The notes under the pieces were generated by a model that ran no database searches, had not been told where the DNA came from, and saw only the letters and a program-made list of their open reading frames with translations. A DNA stretch of 64,000 nt from Bryobacterales bacterium (GTDB lineage: Bacteria > Acidobacteriota > Terriglobia > Bryobacterales > UBA6623), in assembly GCA_965205595.1 (NCBI GenBank), contig CBDBHI010000021.1:17007-81006 (forward strand). The letters are read 5' to 3'. The position numbers and the translations under genes were made by a program. Of this stretch, positions 49,863-60,000 are shown piece by piece (the stretch's first letter is position 1; every line of letters starts with the position of its first letter).

Positions 49863-51335
49863 TGAGTCTCGATGAGATCGAGAGTTTTCTCGACGGGTGT
49901 GGGTCCGTCGAGTTCCAGGCCGGAAGTCGAGCGGATAAATACGCGCTCGTCGAAGGCGTCCTGAAGAGGCATCATTATGCCGACCAGAAGCGCTCGGTTA
50001 AAGGATTGTTGAGACGCTTCCTGAGCAAGCTAACCGGCTTAAGCCGCGCCCAATTGACTCGCCTCATCGGGCAGTTTTTGCGCGAAAAGTGCGTTCGGCC
50101 GACAGCCTATCGAAGGCGCCGCTTCCCCACCAAGTACAGCCGCGCCGACATCGTTCTCCTGGCGCATGTCGACCAAGTACAGCAACGTCTCTCCGGGCCG
50201 GCGACGCGTCGCATTCTCCAGCGCGAGTTCCAAATCTACAACCGCAAGGAGTTCGAACGCCTTGCCGAACTGTCGGTGGGACACCTCTACAACTTGCGCA
50301 AACGCGCCGTCTACCGGCGACACAGTTTGCATCTCGACAAGACTCGACCGACACCCGTGGCGATCGGCGAACGCCGCCAACCCGAGCCGCGAGGACGTCC
50401 GGGCTACCTGCGCATCGACACCGTGCACTCGCCCGAACAGGAAGGCGAAAAAGGCGCCTACAGCATCAACGTGGTCGACGAAGTGACGCAGTGGCAGGCC
50501 GTCGGCTGCGTCCAACGCATCAACGAAAATCACCTCATTCCCTTGCTGGAAGGCCTTTTGGAACAATTTCCATTTATCGTTCGCGGCTTTCACTCCGACA
50601 ATGGCAGCGAATTCGTCAACCATCAAACCGCTAAACTGCTCGAGAAGTTGCGAATTGAATTTACGAAGTCTCGCGCGCGCCGTTCGAACGACAATGCCTT
50701 GGTCGAAACCAAGAACGGCGCGGTGGTGCGCAAGTGGATGGGCTACCAGTTTTTGCCCTCGGAAGCGACGCAGGCGATCGACACCTTCTACCGCCAGTGG
50801 CTCAACCCGTACTTGAATTTTCATCGCCCATGCGCTTTCGCCAGCGAGCGCCGAGACCGCCGCGGCAAGTTGCGCAAGGTGTACGCCGAGTGGAGCACGC
50901 CGTGGGAAAAGCTGCTCAGCCTGCCCGCCGAGCAGCGCGGCCTGCGCGCGGATCGCTCGCTCAAGAAGCTCCAAGCGCGAGCGGACACTTGTTCCGACAC
51001 CGAGTTTGCCGAGCAACTCGACGCTCAGCGCAACGAACTGCAACGCGTCTGCAAAGACCTCGCGATCTGCTGGCGCACGCGCTAGACAACGCCCCGACCC
51101 GAGGCGTTGTCGGCTCCTCCGGCCCACGTCCGAAGACGGCCGTGGGGTCTCGCCTGGGATGGCTGCAAAGGGGGACTGGGGCTGCCGCCCCTTCCCCCTT
51201 ATGCAATCCCCCTCACCCCGCCCTACGAAGCCACAAATAGCTGTAGCCGCCGACCTCAACTCACGCTATAATCCCCCTCAACCCGCAGCTGCTTCGCCTC
51301 TCTCCTTCAGGCTCATCTTTCAATTGGAAAAGAGG
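49724..51335 (+). mobile_element. rve-type insertion sequence, copy B (inverted relative to copy A)
   Basis: Same terminal IRs as copy A (TCGTCTTGTCCAATACAAGATGAGCCTG ... CAGGCTCATCTTTCAATTGGAAAAGAGG) and a doubled 20-mer at the left end. I could not find a target-site duplication. Confidence 0.75.
49832..51085 (+). CDS. DDE transposase with integrase core (rve) domain, IS copy B
   Basis: 417 aa. It differs from copy A at about 25 of the first 162 residues. It is identical at protein level from residue 163 to the end. Confidence 0.85.
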   Translation: MGVAVQQAESLSLDEIESFLDGCGSVEFQAGSRADKYALVEGVLKRHHYADQKRSVKGLLRRFLSKLTGLSRAQLTRLIGQFLREKCVRPTAYRRRRFPTKYSRADIVLLAHVDQVQQRLSGPATRRILQREFQIYNRKEFERLAELSVGHLYNLRKRAVYRRHSLHLDKTRPTPVAIGERRQPEPRGRPGYLRIDTVHSPEQEGEKGAYSINVVDEVTQWQAVGCVQRINENHLIPLLEGLLEQFPFIVRGFHSDNGSEFVNHQTAKLLEKLRIEFTKSRARRSNDNALVETKNGAVVRKWMGYQFLPSEATQAIDTFYRQWLNPYLNFHRPCAFASERRDRRGKLRKVYAEWSTPWEKLLSLPAEQRGLRADRSLKKLQARADTCSDTEFAEQLDAQRNELQRVCKDLAICWRTR

Positions 51336-51429
51336 CCATCCCCAGGTTTTCACGCCTCTTCTTGATTTCATTCAACTCGGCTGGAAACACCTCTTCCTTG
51401 AACATGGCGCTAGATTCTGAGTCGTGCAT
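51336..51429 (-). pseudogene. Probable original 5' end (31 codons) of the patatin gene, separated by IS copy B
   Basis: Reads MHDSESSAMFKEEVFPAELNEIKKRRENLGM from the ATG at 51429, 38 bp after the upstream gene. It joins in frame to ...VDTAALKGPPSTKQGLTGLAFSGGGIRS when 49724-51335 is removed. Confidence 0.45.
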
Positions 51430-51467
51430 ATATGCTCCCGTCGCCTCGTCGGTCGTGAAATACTCGG

Positions 51468-52817
51468 CTACGATGGTTTTTCAGCAGCACCGCTTGCCCC
51501 GCTCGGCGATGGCGGCTCGGGCGCGCATGATTCTTTGTCGGAACCGTCTAAACACCAGCCATCGGGTTCTTTGAAATCTTCGGGAAACTTCATTCCTTCG
51601 GGGAACTGCACCTTCTCCGGACTCTCGCTCTTGGAATTCTTGTCGCGGCGATATCGGGAAGTTTCTACGTAAACCGCCTTTCTGACCCGGTTCATTGCGC
51701 CCAGCGGTCGATGCGCCGGCAGCGAGTGCCAGGGCTTGTACGCGAGGCTCTCGCAGAAGTTGTTCTGTTCCTTGGTGTTGAATTCCTGTGCCGGAATCTC
51801 TATTTTCGCCACAGTTACAAACGGAGATTCTTCCTCCGACCATATGACCGTCGAGTCTTCGACGGGCATGTTTGAGCCCGGCACCTGAACCTGGAAATCG
51901 AAACACGCCGCTGCTTTTCTAATGTCGTGATCCATGGTGTTGCGCAGAAGGTCCGGGTCGCATTCAAACAAGGACGGCCCAAGCGGCATCTGGCACCAGA
52001 ACGGGACTCCCTCGGGTTCAAAGGGTGGACCAGAACTGCACTCGACCGGTTCCACCCGATATTTGATGTTGTTATCAGGGCCATGCTTGTAGGCCGTCAG
52101 GCTGTTGAATTGTGTTTCCACTAAGCTGTCTGGTGGGCGGCCTAGCAGTGGTCCCGCGCGGATCAACCATTGCCACTTCCATCTAAATGGATTCAAGCTC
52201 CCTTCGTGAAAGTAGGCAAGCACCCGGTCTTCCTCCTGATACCGAGTGAAGGTTACGTACTCTTCAAGGCTCGTAAGGAAAAAGGCCTCGGCGTTCATCA
52301 GGATGAAGTCTTGGGTCTTGGCATCCTTCTCTGCCTCGAGTAGCTTCTCGCCTTCAACGCCCATCACCTTGATCGCCATGCCGCGGGCGTCCTTCTCAGT
52401 GTCTGACTGCTTCAGCTCTTTGCCGCTCGAGTAGCGAATCCACGACTTGTACTCACCAGGCTTTGCAAACAGCCCGTGACTGTATTTGCGGTCCAATTCG
52501 GGAACCTCGAAAGTGGCTTTCAGGCATCCGTGTGCCTTGGCGTGCGCGTCCCGCCGATAGGTTTCGTCCCCTTCCTTGACTTTCAATTCTTCGCGGCGTT
52601 TGTTGGTCATGGCGACGCCGTTGGCGATGATCTGAGCGATGTATCGCTCTTCATCCGGGCCGATCTTCTCTCCGATTTCGCCGCCTCCACTGTTGTTGCT
52701 GTTCAGGCTATACAAGCCATACGAGCAGGTCATCAGGATTGACAAGAGGTACAAAGTGATCAGCCACTTTATTCCCTGCCGGCCTTTGCGCCAGATTGAG
52801 CCCCAGTTCCACGTCAT
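51468..52817 (-). CDS. Catalase-related haemoprotein (small, membrane-anchored)
   Basis: N-terminal TM (WLITLYLLSILMTCSYGLY). Catalase-core-like YRRDAHAKAHGCLKATFEV, WIRYSSG, DARGMAIKV and QDFILMN. Confidence 0.7.
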   Translation of the reverse strand: MTWNWGSIWRKGRQGIKWLITLYLLSILMTCSYGLYSLNSNNSGGGEIGEKIGPDEERYIAQIIANGVAMTNKRREELKVKEGDETYRRDAHAKAHGCLKATFEVPELDRKYSHGLFAKPGEYKSWIRYSSGKELKQSDTEKDARGMAIKVMGVEGEKLLEAEKDAKTQDFILMNAEAFFLTSLEEYVTFTRYQEEDRVLAYFHEGSLNPFRWKWQWLIRAGPLLGRPPDSLVETQFNSLTAYKHGPDNNIKYRVEPVECSSGPPFEPEGVPFWCQMPLGPSLFECDPDLLRNTMDHDIRKAAACFDFQVQVPGSNMPVEDSTVIWSEEESPFVTVAKIEIPAQEFNTKEQNNFCESLAYKPWHSLPAHRPLGAMNRVRKAVYVETSRYRRDKNSKSESPEKVQFPEGMKFPEDFKEPDGWCLDGSDKESCAPEPPSPSGASGAAEKPS

Positions 52818-52839
52818 TTGATCGATCCTTTCTCTCTGC

Positions 52840-55152
52840 TTAGCGGCACGGTTTAAACTCTTCCACGGGCGTATCCTCGTGCACCTTCAGGTACTCAACC
52901 AGCGCCATGCGTTCTTCGTGTGAAAACTCGGGTCCAATGACGCCGTACTGTGGGGGGTCGCCGTACTTCCACTGGACATAGCCGGAGCGAAATTCGTGCC
53001 CGGTATTGGTGTTGCCTGGGATCTTCGTGTCGAGCAGGAAGCCGTCGACAGTCGGAGGTTTCTGCTCGTAGCCGACCTTCTCCGTATCAAAATCTCGGTG
53101 ACCAACGAAAAAGGTTTTCGGCCTTTCATCGACTGGCGAAAGCAAGTCGTAGAGGCTTGGCACCGAGCCGTTGTGAAGAAATGGCGGCGTCGCCCAGATT
53201 CCAGCGAGAGGCCGCGCTTTATACGCCAATGGCTCTTGCGGCAAATCAAGGATTCCAAATCCCTCGATGTCGGCCCTCTTTTCGTCGGGAATTTCGTGTT
53301 CCTCGAAAAATTGCTTGCGAATCAGCCGCCCAGCGATGAGCAGGCCCTGTCCGGTCGAGACGCTCTTTACGTCTACTTTGTTCAAGTATTCGTCGATCCA
53401 GGCTTCCGGCTCGGTATTAAACTTTTCCAAACAGGCTTCCACCTCCGCCAACGGTTTTGCGACGTTTGGATCGTCTAGTGCCTTCAATCTTGCGGACTCT
53501 GCTTCGAGGTACGCGATATACGGTTTCCGGCGCTCGTGATGCTCTTTGAGATCGGGCCGCAGCAAGTCCTGCGCTTCCATGTTGGTGAGCCCGGTTTTCG
53601 TAAAATCGAAACGATAATTTACGAAGTTGAGCGCAGCCTTGGGATCGGTTCCGATGTCATAGATCGGTAGGATGCTGCCCCACCAGTGCGGAAATCCGTC
53701 AGGGTACGATTCGGCGTACTTTGTGCCGTACGCGCTGTCGTATTGGTCTAGATATTCCCTTCCTTTAAGCGGTGCCTCCCATGCTCGCAGGGCATCACTG
53801 GCTCGGTGAGGCCCGTGACATTTCCGGCAATGAGTGTTGAAGAGAATTTGGCCCTTCTCCGCCCGCTTCTTATTGATCTCGCCAAGTAGTTCCTCGGGCC
53901 ATTTTGGTGGCTTCAAATCCCACATCGCCTTTTCAATCTTGTCGAGATCGTATAGCCGAGTTGAGCTGTGAAATCGTTCTTTCGCGGGAACAGCTCCGCC
54001 GTCGTCACTGACCAACCGATAGACCGCGCCCACGCCGAGCGTTTCGCCGACGTTCCTCGCCATGGGCTGTGATACAGAGGCGCCGTACTGGACCCAGTCG
54101 AATTTCCAGATCTCCCACACTGGCGGATAGCTTACGGGTGCATCTCCTAACCTGTAGTTCTCCAAATCGAGGCGATCCCCAAATGTCCGGTTAGCAATAC
54201 GGCCGATCGCGTCGGTGCGTCCGAATCCTTCTGTGATCGGATATAGCTTTTTCCGTTTGTCTTTGGACGCCTGAGCCCACATTGCATTCTTGACGATCCC
54301 AAGTTCTTTCCACAGCGCCGCTCGTTCATCTCGCGAGTGCCCAACCCCGAGCACGTTCTCCGCGAAGCGGGCGAACTTCAGCGGATTCCAGTACGTGCTT
54401 ACCATTGAGGCAAACAGCACTGGCGCGAAGTGTGGCGGACTATCCGCCGTAAAGGCATGCATTGCCTGGCCACCGTCAATACGGATGCCATACCGTTTAC
54501 CATCAACGAGTTGGGTCACCTCCCCTGTATGGCAGGCCGCGCAGGTGATGTCCAACAAGTAATCGCCGACCTCGCGGCTATAGTGCTTGGTAAACCCAAG
54601 TGGCAGCTCGTCAGGGTTATGTTTCGTCGCTGGGTCGACTATAAAACCGTACGCTTTCATATGGTCGGCGTCGGCAAAGCGCTTCTTGCCCCACGGAATT
54701 TCTAGGTTGACGAACCAGCTATATCTGAGATTGAAGAGCGTCGTCCCTTGGGGCGTAAAATAGTACGTCTGGCGAGATTCGGACTCCCGGCCCTTTCCCC
54801 AGCCCTGTCCAAGATAGACAGTTTCATCTACCGGCTCATACTTTGGGATTTGAGTACTTGGGTTAAACACAAGCCAATACATTCCCAGTGACCCCAAAAT
54901 GGCGACGGCCACGACCAAACGCACACCCTGCTTAATGAACCACCAAAGCGACTGACGAAAGAGCCATCGAATAAAGTGAATGATGTTGCCTGGTAGAGCA
55001 ATCACCGGTTCGACAACTCGAGTGACGAGCGCCCTGAGCTCAGCAATCAGGTTCCACACAAAGCTCCAGCAGAATTTAAAGGTCTTCCACAGGATGCGTC
55101 CGACGAATTTCAAAAACCTCAACGCTGGGTTTACGTCTTGTGATTCCGGCAC
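52840..55152 (-). CDS. Membrane-anchored di-haem c-type cytochrome of the CCP/MauG/RoxA-like family
   Basis: 770 aa. N-terminal hydrophobic helices, two CXXCH sites (ITCAACHTGEV and NTHCRKCHGPH), YYFTPQGTTLFNLRYSWFVNLE, VSYPPVWEIWKFDWVQY and GIWATPPFLHNGSVPSLYDLL. Confidence 0.7.
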   Translation of the reverse strand: MPESQDVNPALRFLKFVGRILWKTFKFCWSFVWNLIAELRALVTRVVEPVIALPGNIIHFIRWLFRQSLWWFIKQGVRLVVAVAILGSLGMYWLVFNPSTQIPKYEPVDETVYLGQGWGKGRESESRQTYYFTPQGTTLFNLRYSWFVNLEIPWGKKRFADADHMKAYGFIVDPATKHNPDELPLGFTKHYSREVGDYLLDITCAACHTGEVTQLVDGKRYGIRIDGGQAMHAFTADSPPHFAPVLFASMVSTYWNPLKFARFAENVLGVGHSRDERAALWKELGIVKNAMWAQASKDKRKKLYPITEGFGRTDAIGRIANRTFGDRLDLENYRLGDAPVSYPPVWEIWKFDWVQYGASVSQPMARNVGETLGVGAVYRLVSDDGGAVPAKERFHSSTRLYDLDKIEKAMWDLKPPKWPEELLGEINKKRAEKGQILFNTHCRKCHGPHRASDALRAWEAPLKGREYLDQYDSAYGTKYAESYPDGFPHWWGSILPIYDIGTDPKAALNFVNYRFDFTKTGLTNMEAQDLLRPDLKEHHERRKPYIAYLEAESARLKALDDPNVAKPLAEVEACLEKFNTEPEAWIDEYLNKVDVKSVSTGQGLLIAGRLIRKQFFEEHEIPDEKRADIEGFGILDLPQEPLAYKARPLAGIWATPPFLHNGSVPSLYDLLSPVDERPKTFFVGHRDFDTEKVGYEQKPPTVDGFLLDTKIPGNTNTGHEFRSGYVQWKYGDPPQYGVIGPEFSHEERMALVEYLKVHEDTPVEEFKPCR

Positions 55153-55215
55153 TGTGTCCTCCTTGCGACTTCAATATGGAGGGAACTCATTCCCATCAAT
55201 TCCAGGTCGGGCCCA

Positions 55216-56205
55216 CTATTCGAACGCCGGCTTGAGCCCAGCGATCTTAACCGTGGCCTTGACTAACAGACCCGCGGCGCCAAGCGTCACGTAAAGAGTT
55301 TTCCTGTCTGCGCCGCCGAAACAAACGTTTGAAGGCAACGGACCAAACTTGATGCCGTCGAATTCGATGAAGTCGATAATCGCGCCGTCAGGTGACACGA
55401 CGGTAATGCGGCCATTTGCAATATGGTTCGAGGCGTCGGGACGAAAACCCATGGGCAGCATCGTCGCCACATACAGGTTGCCGTCCTCGTCGACAGCCAT
55501 CGAGTCCAAGTCGCCGCCGATGTCGGCTGTCAAAAGGAATGAGCCGTCTTTTGTGTACGGATTTAACCGAAGTTCGCCGGGAGCGGACAACTCGTAGTAG
55601 ATAATCCGTCGAGTGTATGTTTCGGCGATGTATAGACGCGATTCGTCGGGAGAAAGTGCGATCCCATTAGGGCGTCCCGCGAAGGGGAAAATTTTCTCCT
55701 TGTTACTGGACCCGTCGGCCTTGGCATAGCAGATGCCGGTAATGTCGCGCTCACGGCCCCTGGTTTTTCCCCAGTCCGAAATCCAAAAACCGCCCGCGGA
55801 ATCGAAGACGAGATCGTCCGGCCCGCATAGCTTGTGAGTAGTCCCGTCCTCGGCTTCGAACGACGTATAGACGGTTTCGATTGTATCGCCGGAGATTTTT
55901 TGGATAGATCCGGTGGTGTAGTCCGTCGGTTCGTCCACCGGAATCCATACGCCCGGCAATGGCTCGGTCCACTCAAAGCCGCCGGAATTGGCAATGTAGA
56001 TCGCGCCGTCCGGGCCGATCGCGGCACCGTTTGGTGAACCACCAAGTTTGGCGACGCGCTCTTTGCTGCCATCCGCCGGATCGACCCGAACCACATCACC
56101 GCTCTTAAGCTCCGTCACCAGAACCTTACCGTTGGGCAACGCGAACGGTCCCTCTGGATACTCTAATCCTCCACAAACAGCCGTGAAATCTGAAACTTTT
56201 AGCAT
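55216..56205 (-). CDS. SMP-30/gluconolactonase/LRE-like six-bladed beta-propeller protein
   Basis: 329 aa. GLEYPEGPFALPNGKVLVTE, GSPNGAAIGPDG, GRPNGIALSPDE and repeated blade pattern. Confidence 0.75.
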   Translation of the reverse strand: MLKVSDFTAVCGGLEYPEGPFALPNGKVLVTELKSGDVVRVDPADGSKERVAKLGGSPNGAAIGPDGAIYIANSGGFEWTEPLPGVWIPVDEPTDYTTGSIQKISGDTIETVYTSFEAEDGTTHKLCGPDDLVFDSAGGFWISDWGKTRGRERDITGICYAKADGSSNKEKIFPFAGRPNGIALSPDESRLYIAETYTRRIIYYELSAPGELRLNPYTKDGSFLLTADIGGDLDSMAVDEDGNLYVATMLPMGFRPDASNHIANGRITVVSPDGAIIDFIEFDGIKFGPLPSNVCFGGADRKTLYVTLGAAGLLVKATVKIAGLKPAFE

Positions 56206-57027
56206 TTTTGCCTTTACCTCTTACTTCCTTTTGCGCTAAAGCCTACCCGCCACACCGACGTCGGTGAGTTCGTCTAAGCTCATTGGACTAAATAAATCAA
56301 TCTACCCCGATCTCCGCGTTGCTCGATGCCAATCGCGGGGTCGTGAGCGAGCCCCATGTTTGCTAAAAAAACGTATGTAAGTGGACGGCAAGAATCGCTA
56401 GCTGCTGCTGTCTTTGACCTCCGTTTGCGCCGTAGCCGGCTACGAAAGTGTACTCCCACGTAAGTTTTATTGCAACAAGTCAACGATTTCCCCGTTATTG
56501 GTGTATGGCAGTAGCCATGAGCAATCCAACGGCCAAACCGCTTTCACTTCTTGTCCGCTCTGCGCCTCTCGGTACGGATATCGAGAAATCGACCCCAGCG
56601 AACGCTCCTGGATTCGTCCAATATCGGATGGGCGCTAGGCTGCCGCCACAGCCGAAAAGTCCGTTATGTGCGTCCGTCGACGGGCTCGATTAGGCCTGTC
56701 CGGGCGCAGGCTGAGAATAGAATACGCGCGGAATCGCCAACAAAAACGCTGCTATTGACCCGTTTACGACCGTCGACCTGATATCAGCGATACACCTTAC
56801 AAGGAGTCGTGCGAACTCCTGCCGCGGAAGCCCAGCCGCAGCCGATAGCTGTCCCGCCGAAAAGAGTCGTACTGGCAAAACGATCTACGGTCAAACGCAA
56901 AAAATCTGTCGACGAAAGGTCAATCGCGGCCGAGTGCCTGACCCCTTCCGTTTGCACCTGTGTTTCCGTCCGTTTACACAAAGCGCGGGCAGATCAGCGT
57001 TATTAGCCGCGTTCGAACGCCAGGGCG

Positions 57028-57033
57028 TAGAAT
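57028..57033 (+). promoter_or_regulatory. -10-like hexamer TAGAAT 10-15 nt before the start of the PSCyt gene
   Basis: Read directly. Same hexamer and spacing as before aroE. Speculative. Confidence 0.2.
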
Positions 57034-57042
57034 AGAAACGGT

Positions 57043-60000
57043 TTGGTGATGCGACTGGCCGCTTTAATTTTGGTCGCCTACGGGACGATCGTCTGCCCGG
57101 CGGCGGCTGCCGAGATTGACGTCGAGTTCTTCGAAAAGAACGTACGTCCGCTGCTGGCCGAGAAGTGCTACTCGTGCCACAGCGCCAAGGCATCGAATCT
57201 ATTCGCCGGATTGAGGGTCGACAGTAAGGCCACGTTGCTCCGCGGTGGCGATTCCGGTCCGGCGTTGCTTCTCGGGGATTCTGCCGGCAGCTTGCTACTG
57301 AAAGCGCTACGCGGCGAGGCGAAAGTGCCGATGCCGCCTACGGGGCGCTTGTCTGACGAGCAGATCGCCACGGTTGCCGCCTGGGTGGATGCCGGCGCTC
57401 CTTGGCCCGACGAGACGGTCGCCGATATGCCAAACCCGTCCGAGGCTTTTGACCTCGAGGCGCGGCGTTCTTCCCATTGGGCTTGGCAGCCGGTAAAGCC
57501 GGTCTCCGCGACGGGCGTCGATAGTTTCATCGACGCCAGATTGCGTGAGAAAGAGCTGCTGCCGGCTGCGCCAGCCGACCGCTACACTCTGCTGCGACGG
57601 CTTTCGTACGCGATTACCGGCCTACCACCCACTCCTGATGAGCTTCGAGATTTTGCGAATGACTCCTCACCCGGTGCCTTTGAAAAGAGGGTTGACCGGC
57701 TGCTGGCGTCCGACCATTATGGCGAGCGTTGGGCGCGGCATTGGATGGATTTGGTTCGCTATACCGAATCGCATGGCAGCGAAGGCGACCCCGACACGTT
57801 GGAAGCCTGGCGCTATCGCGACTACTTAATTCGGGCTCTAAATCTGGATGTCCCCTACGATCAGTTGATTCGCGAGCATTTGGCGGGAGATTTACTGCCC
57901 AACCCGCGCATCAACGCGAAAGACGGCATCAACGAATCGGTCGTAGCCACCGCGCACTATCGCATGATCGAACACGGCTTCCAGCCCGTTGATCCGTGGG
58001 AAGACCGTGTCAAATGGACCGACAATCAGGTCGACGTATTTTCAAAAGCGTTTCAGGGGCTGACGATTTCGTGCGCTCGTTGCCACGACCACAAGTTCGA
58101 CGCCATTAGCCAAAAAGACTTCTACGCGCTATTCGGGATTTTCAAAAACGCCCGGCCGACGCAGCGCGCGATCGATTCGCCTGATGTGCTTTGGAAGAAT
58201 CGCTCCGAATTGGCCGACACAAAACAAAAGGTCAAGGATGCTCTTGCCGACCAGTGGCTGGCGGCAGCAGGCGATGTTGTCGAACGGTTGAAGACGGGCG
58301 ATTCGTCGTTCGACACTTTGCTCGAACAGGCGGCGTGCGATCAAGAGAGTCCTCTGTTCCCATGGTTCGAATTGCGTGATCGCGAACCGCAAGACGTTCG
58401 CGCCGGTTGGAGGCGACTGGTCGACGGCTGGGAGCGAGAGCGGGCTCGGCGGGTCGAATTCAACAGTGCGAAATTCAAAATGCTGTGGAACGTGGCGAAA
58501 GAATATCCGAACTGGGTCCGCCATGGTACGGGACTGTCCGAAACAGCGACGGCGCCCGGCGAGTTTTCAATCACGCCCTCGGGCGATCGAGTAGTCGAAG
58601 CCATCTATGGAGCGGGAGCGCATACGGCGCTGCTATCGAGACGTCACAACGGCGTGTTGCAGACTTCACGATTCAAGATCGACACAAACAACGTCAGCTT
58701 TCGCGTGCAGGGCGGAAATTTCAGCGTAGTGCGGTTGATTGTCGAAAACTACGCGGTACCGCGAGGTGGCATCTATCACCAGCGATATTCCCCGAAAAAA
58801 GACGAGCCTGTCTGGTACACCTGGGACACAACGTTCTGGAAGGGTTTCAGCGCCTATATCGAATTCGCGACACTTGACGACTCGACAAACTTCTTACTTG
58901 ATAAAGAGGACTCCCGCAAGAAACCGCGGCCGAAGCCGGTTCGTGACGGCAGATCATTCTTTGGCGCAACCGCCGTAGCGTCCCACGACGGACGGATGCT
59001 GCCCGAGAATGTCTCGCCGGCTGTCTTGTACTTGACGCAGGGCGAGGCACCGGACGATGCGGCTGGACTTGCGTGGCTCTATACCGAACGGCTGAAGTCA
59101 TCAGTCGAGGCATGGCGCAGCGGCGAGATGAGCGAAGAGCAGGCCGCATTTCTCGACTTCTTTGTACGCCATTCGTTGTTGCCGGTAAGCGCTGAGGGCA
59201 GCTCCACGCTTGGGGCGCTCGTCGCCGATTATCGACGGCTAGAGGACGAAGTCCCCACGTATCGGCGAGCGCCCGGTGTCGTCGAAGAGGCTGGCGACGA
59301 CCAACAGTTGCTGATTCGAGGCGGACACAACAATCCCGGCGACCCGGTTCCGCGACGCTACTTGACCGCGCTTGGAAGTCAGCGATACGACAATCCCGCG
59401 ATGATGCGTTTACGATTGGCGGACGAGGTGGCGTCGGCTGACAATCCGCTGACCGCCCGCGTGATGGTCAATCGGATTTGGCGGCACATGTTTGGGCGCG
59501 GCATCGTCGGCTCGGTCGACAACTTTGGCCGGCTCGGCGACAAGCCCTCGCACCCGGAATTGTTGGACTACTTGGCTACAGAGTTTGTGCGTGACGGCTG
59601 GTCGATTAAGAAAATGATTCGGCGTCTGGCTCTAACAGATGCCTACCAGCGCGGCAGTGACGGGTCCGAAAAAGCAGCGACCATCGATCCGGATAATTCG
59701 CTGTTGCAACACATGCCGATTCGGCGTTTGGAAGGAGAAGTGATTCGCGACAGCCTGCTTGCCATTTCAGGTCGGCTTGACCACACCGTGGAAGGTCCGT
59801 CGATCAACGTCTACTATGCCTTCGCGAAGGGGAAAACGAAGGGTGATCGACCGAAGGGCCCGCTAGACGGTGACGGGCGACGCAGCGTCTATCAAGAAAT
59901 TCGGCGCAATGCCCACAATCCGTTTCTCGAAGTGTTCGATCAGCCGAAGCCGGCCTCGACGCGTGGGCAACGCGATTCGACAAACGTTCCCGCGCAATCG

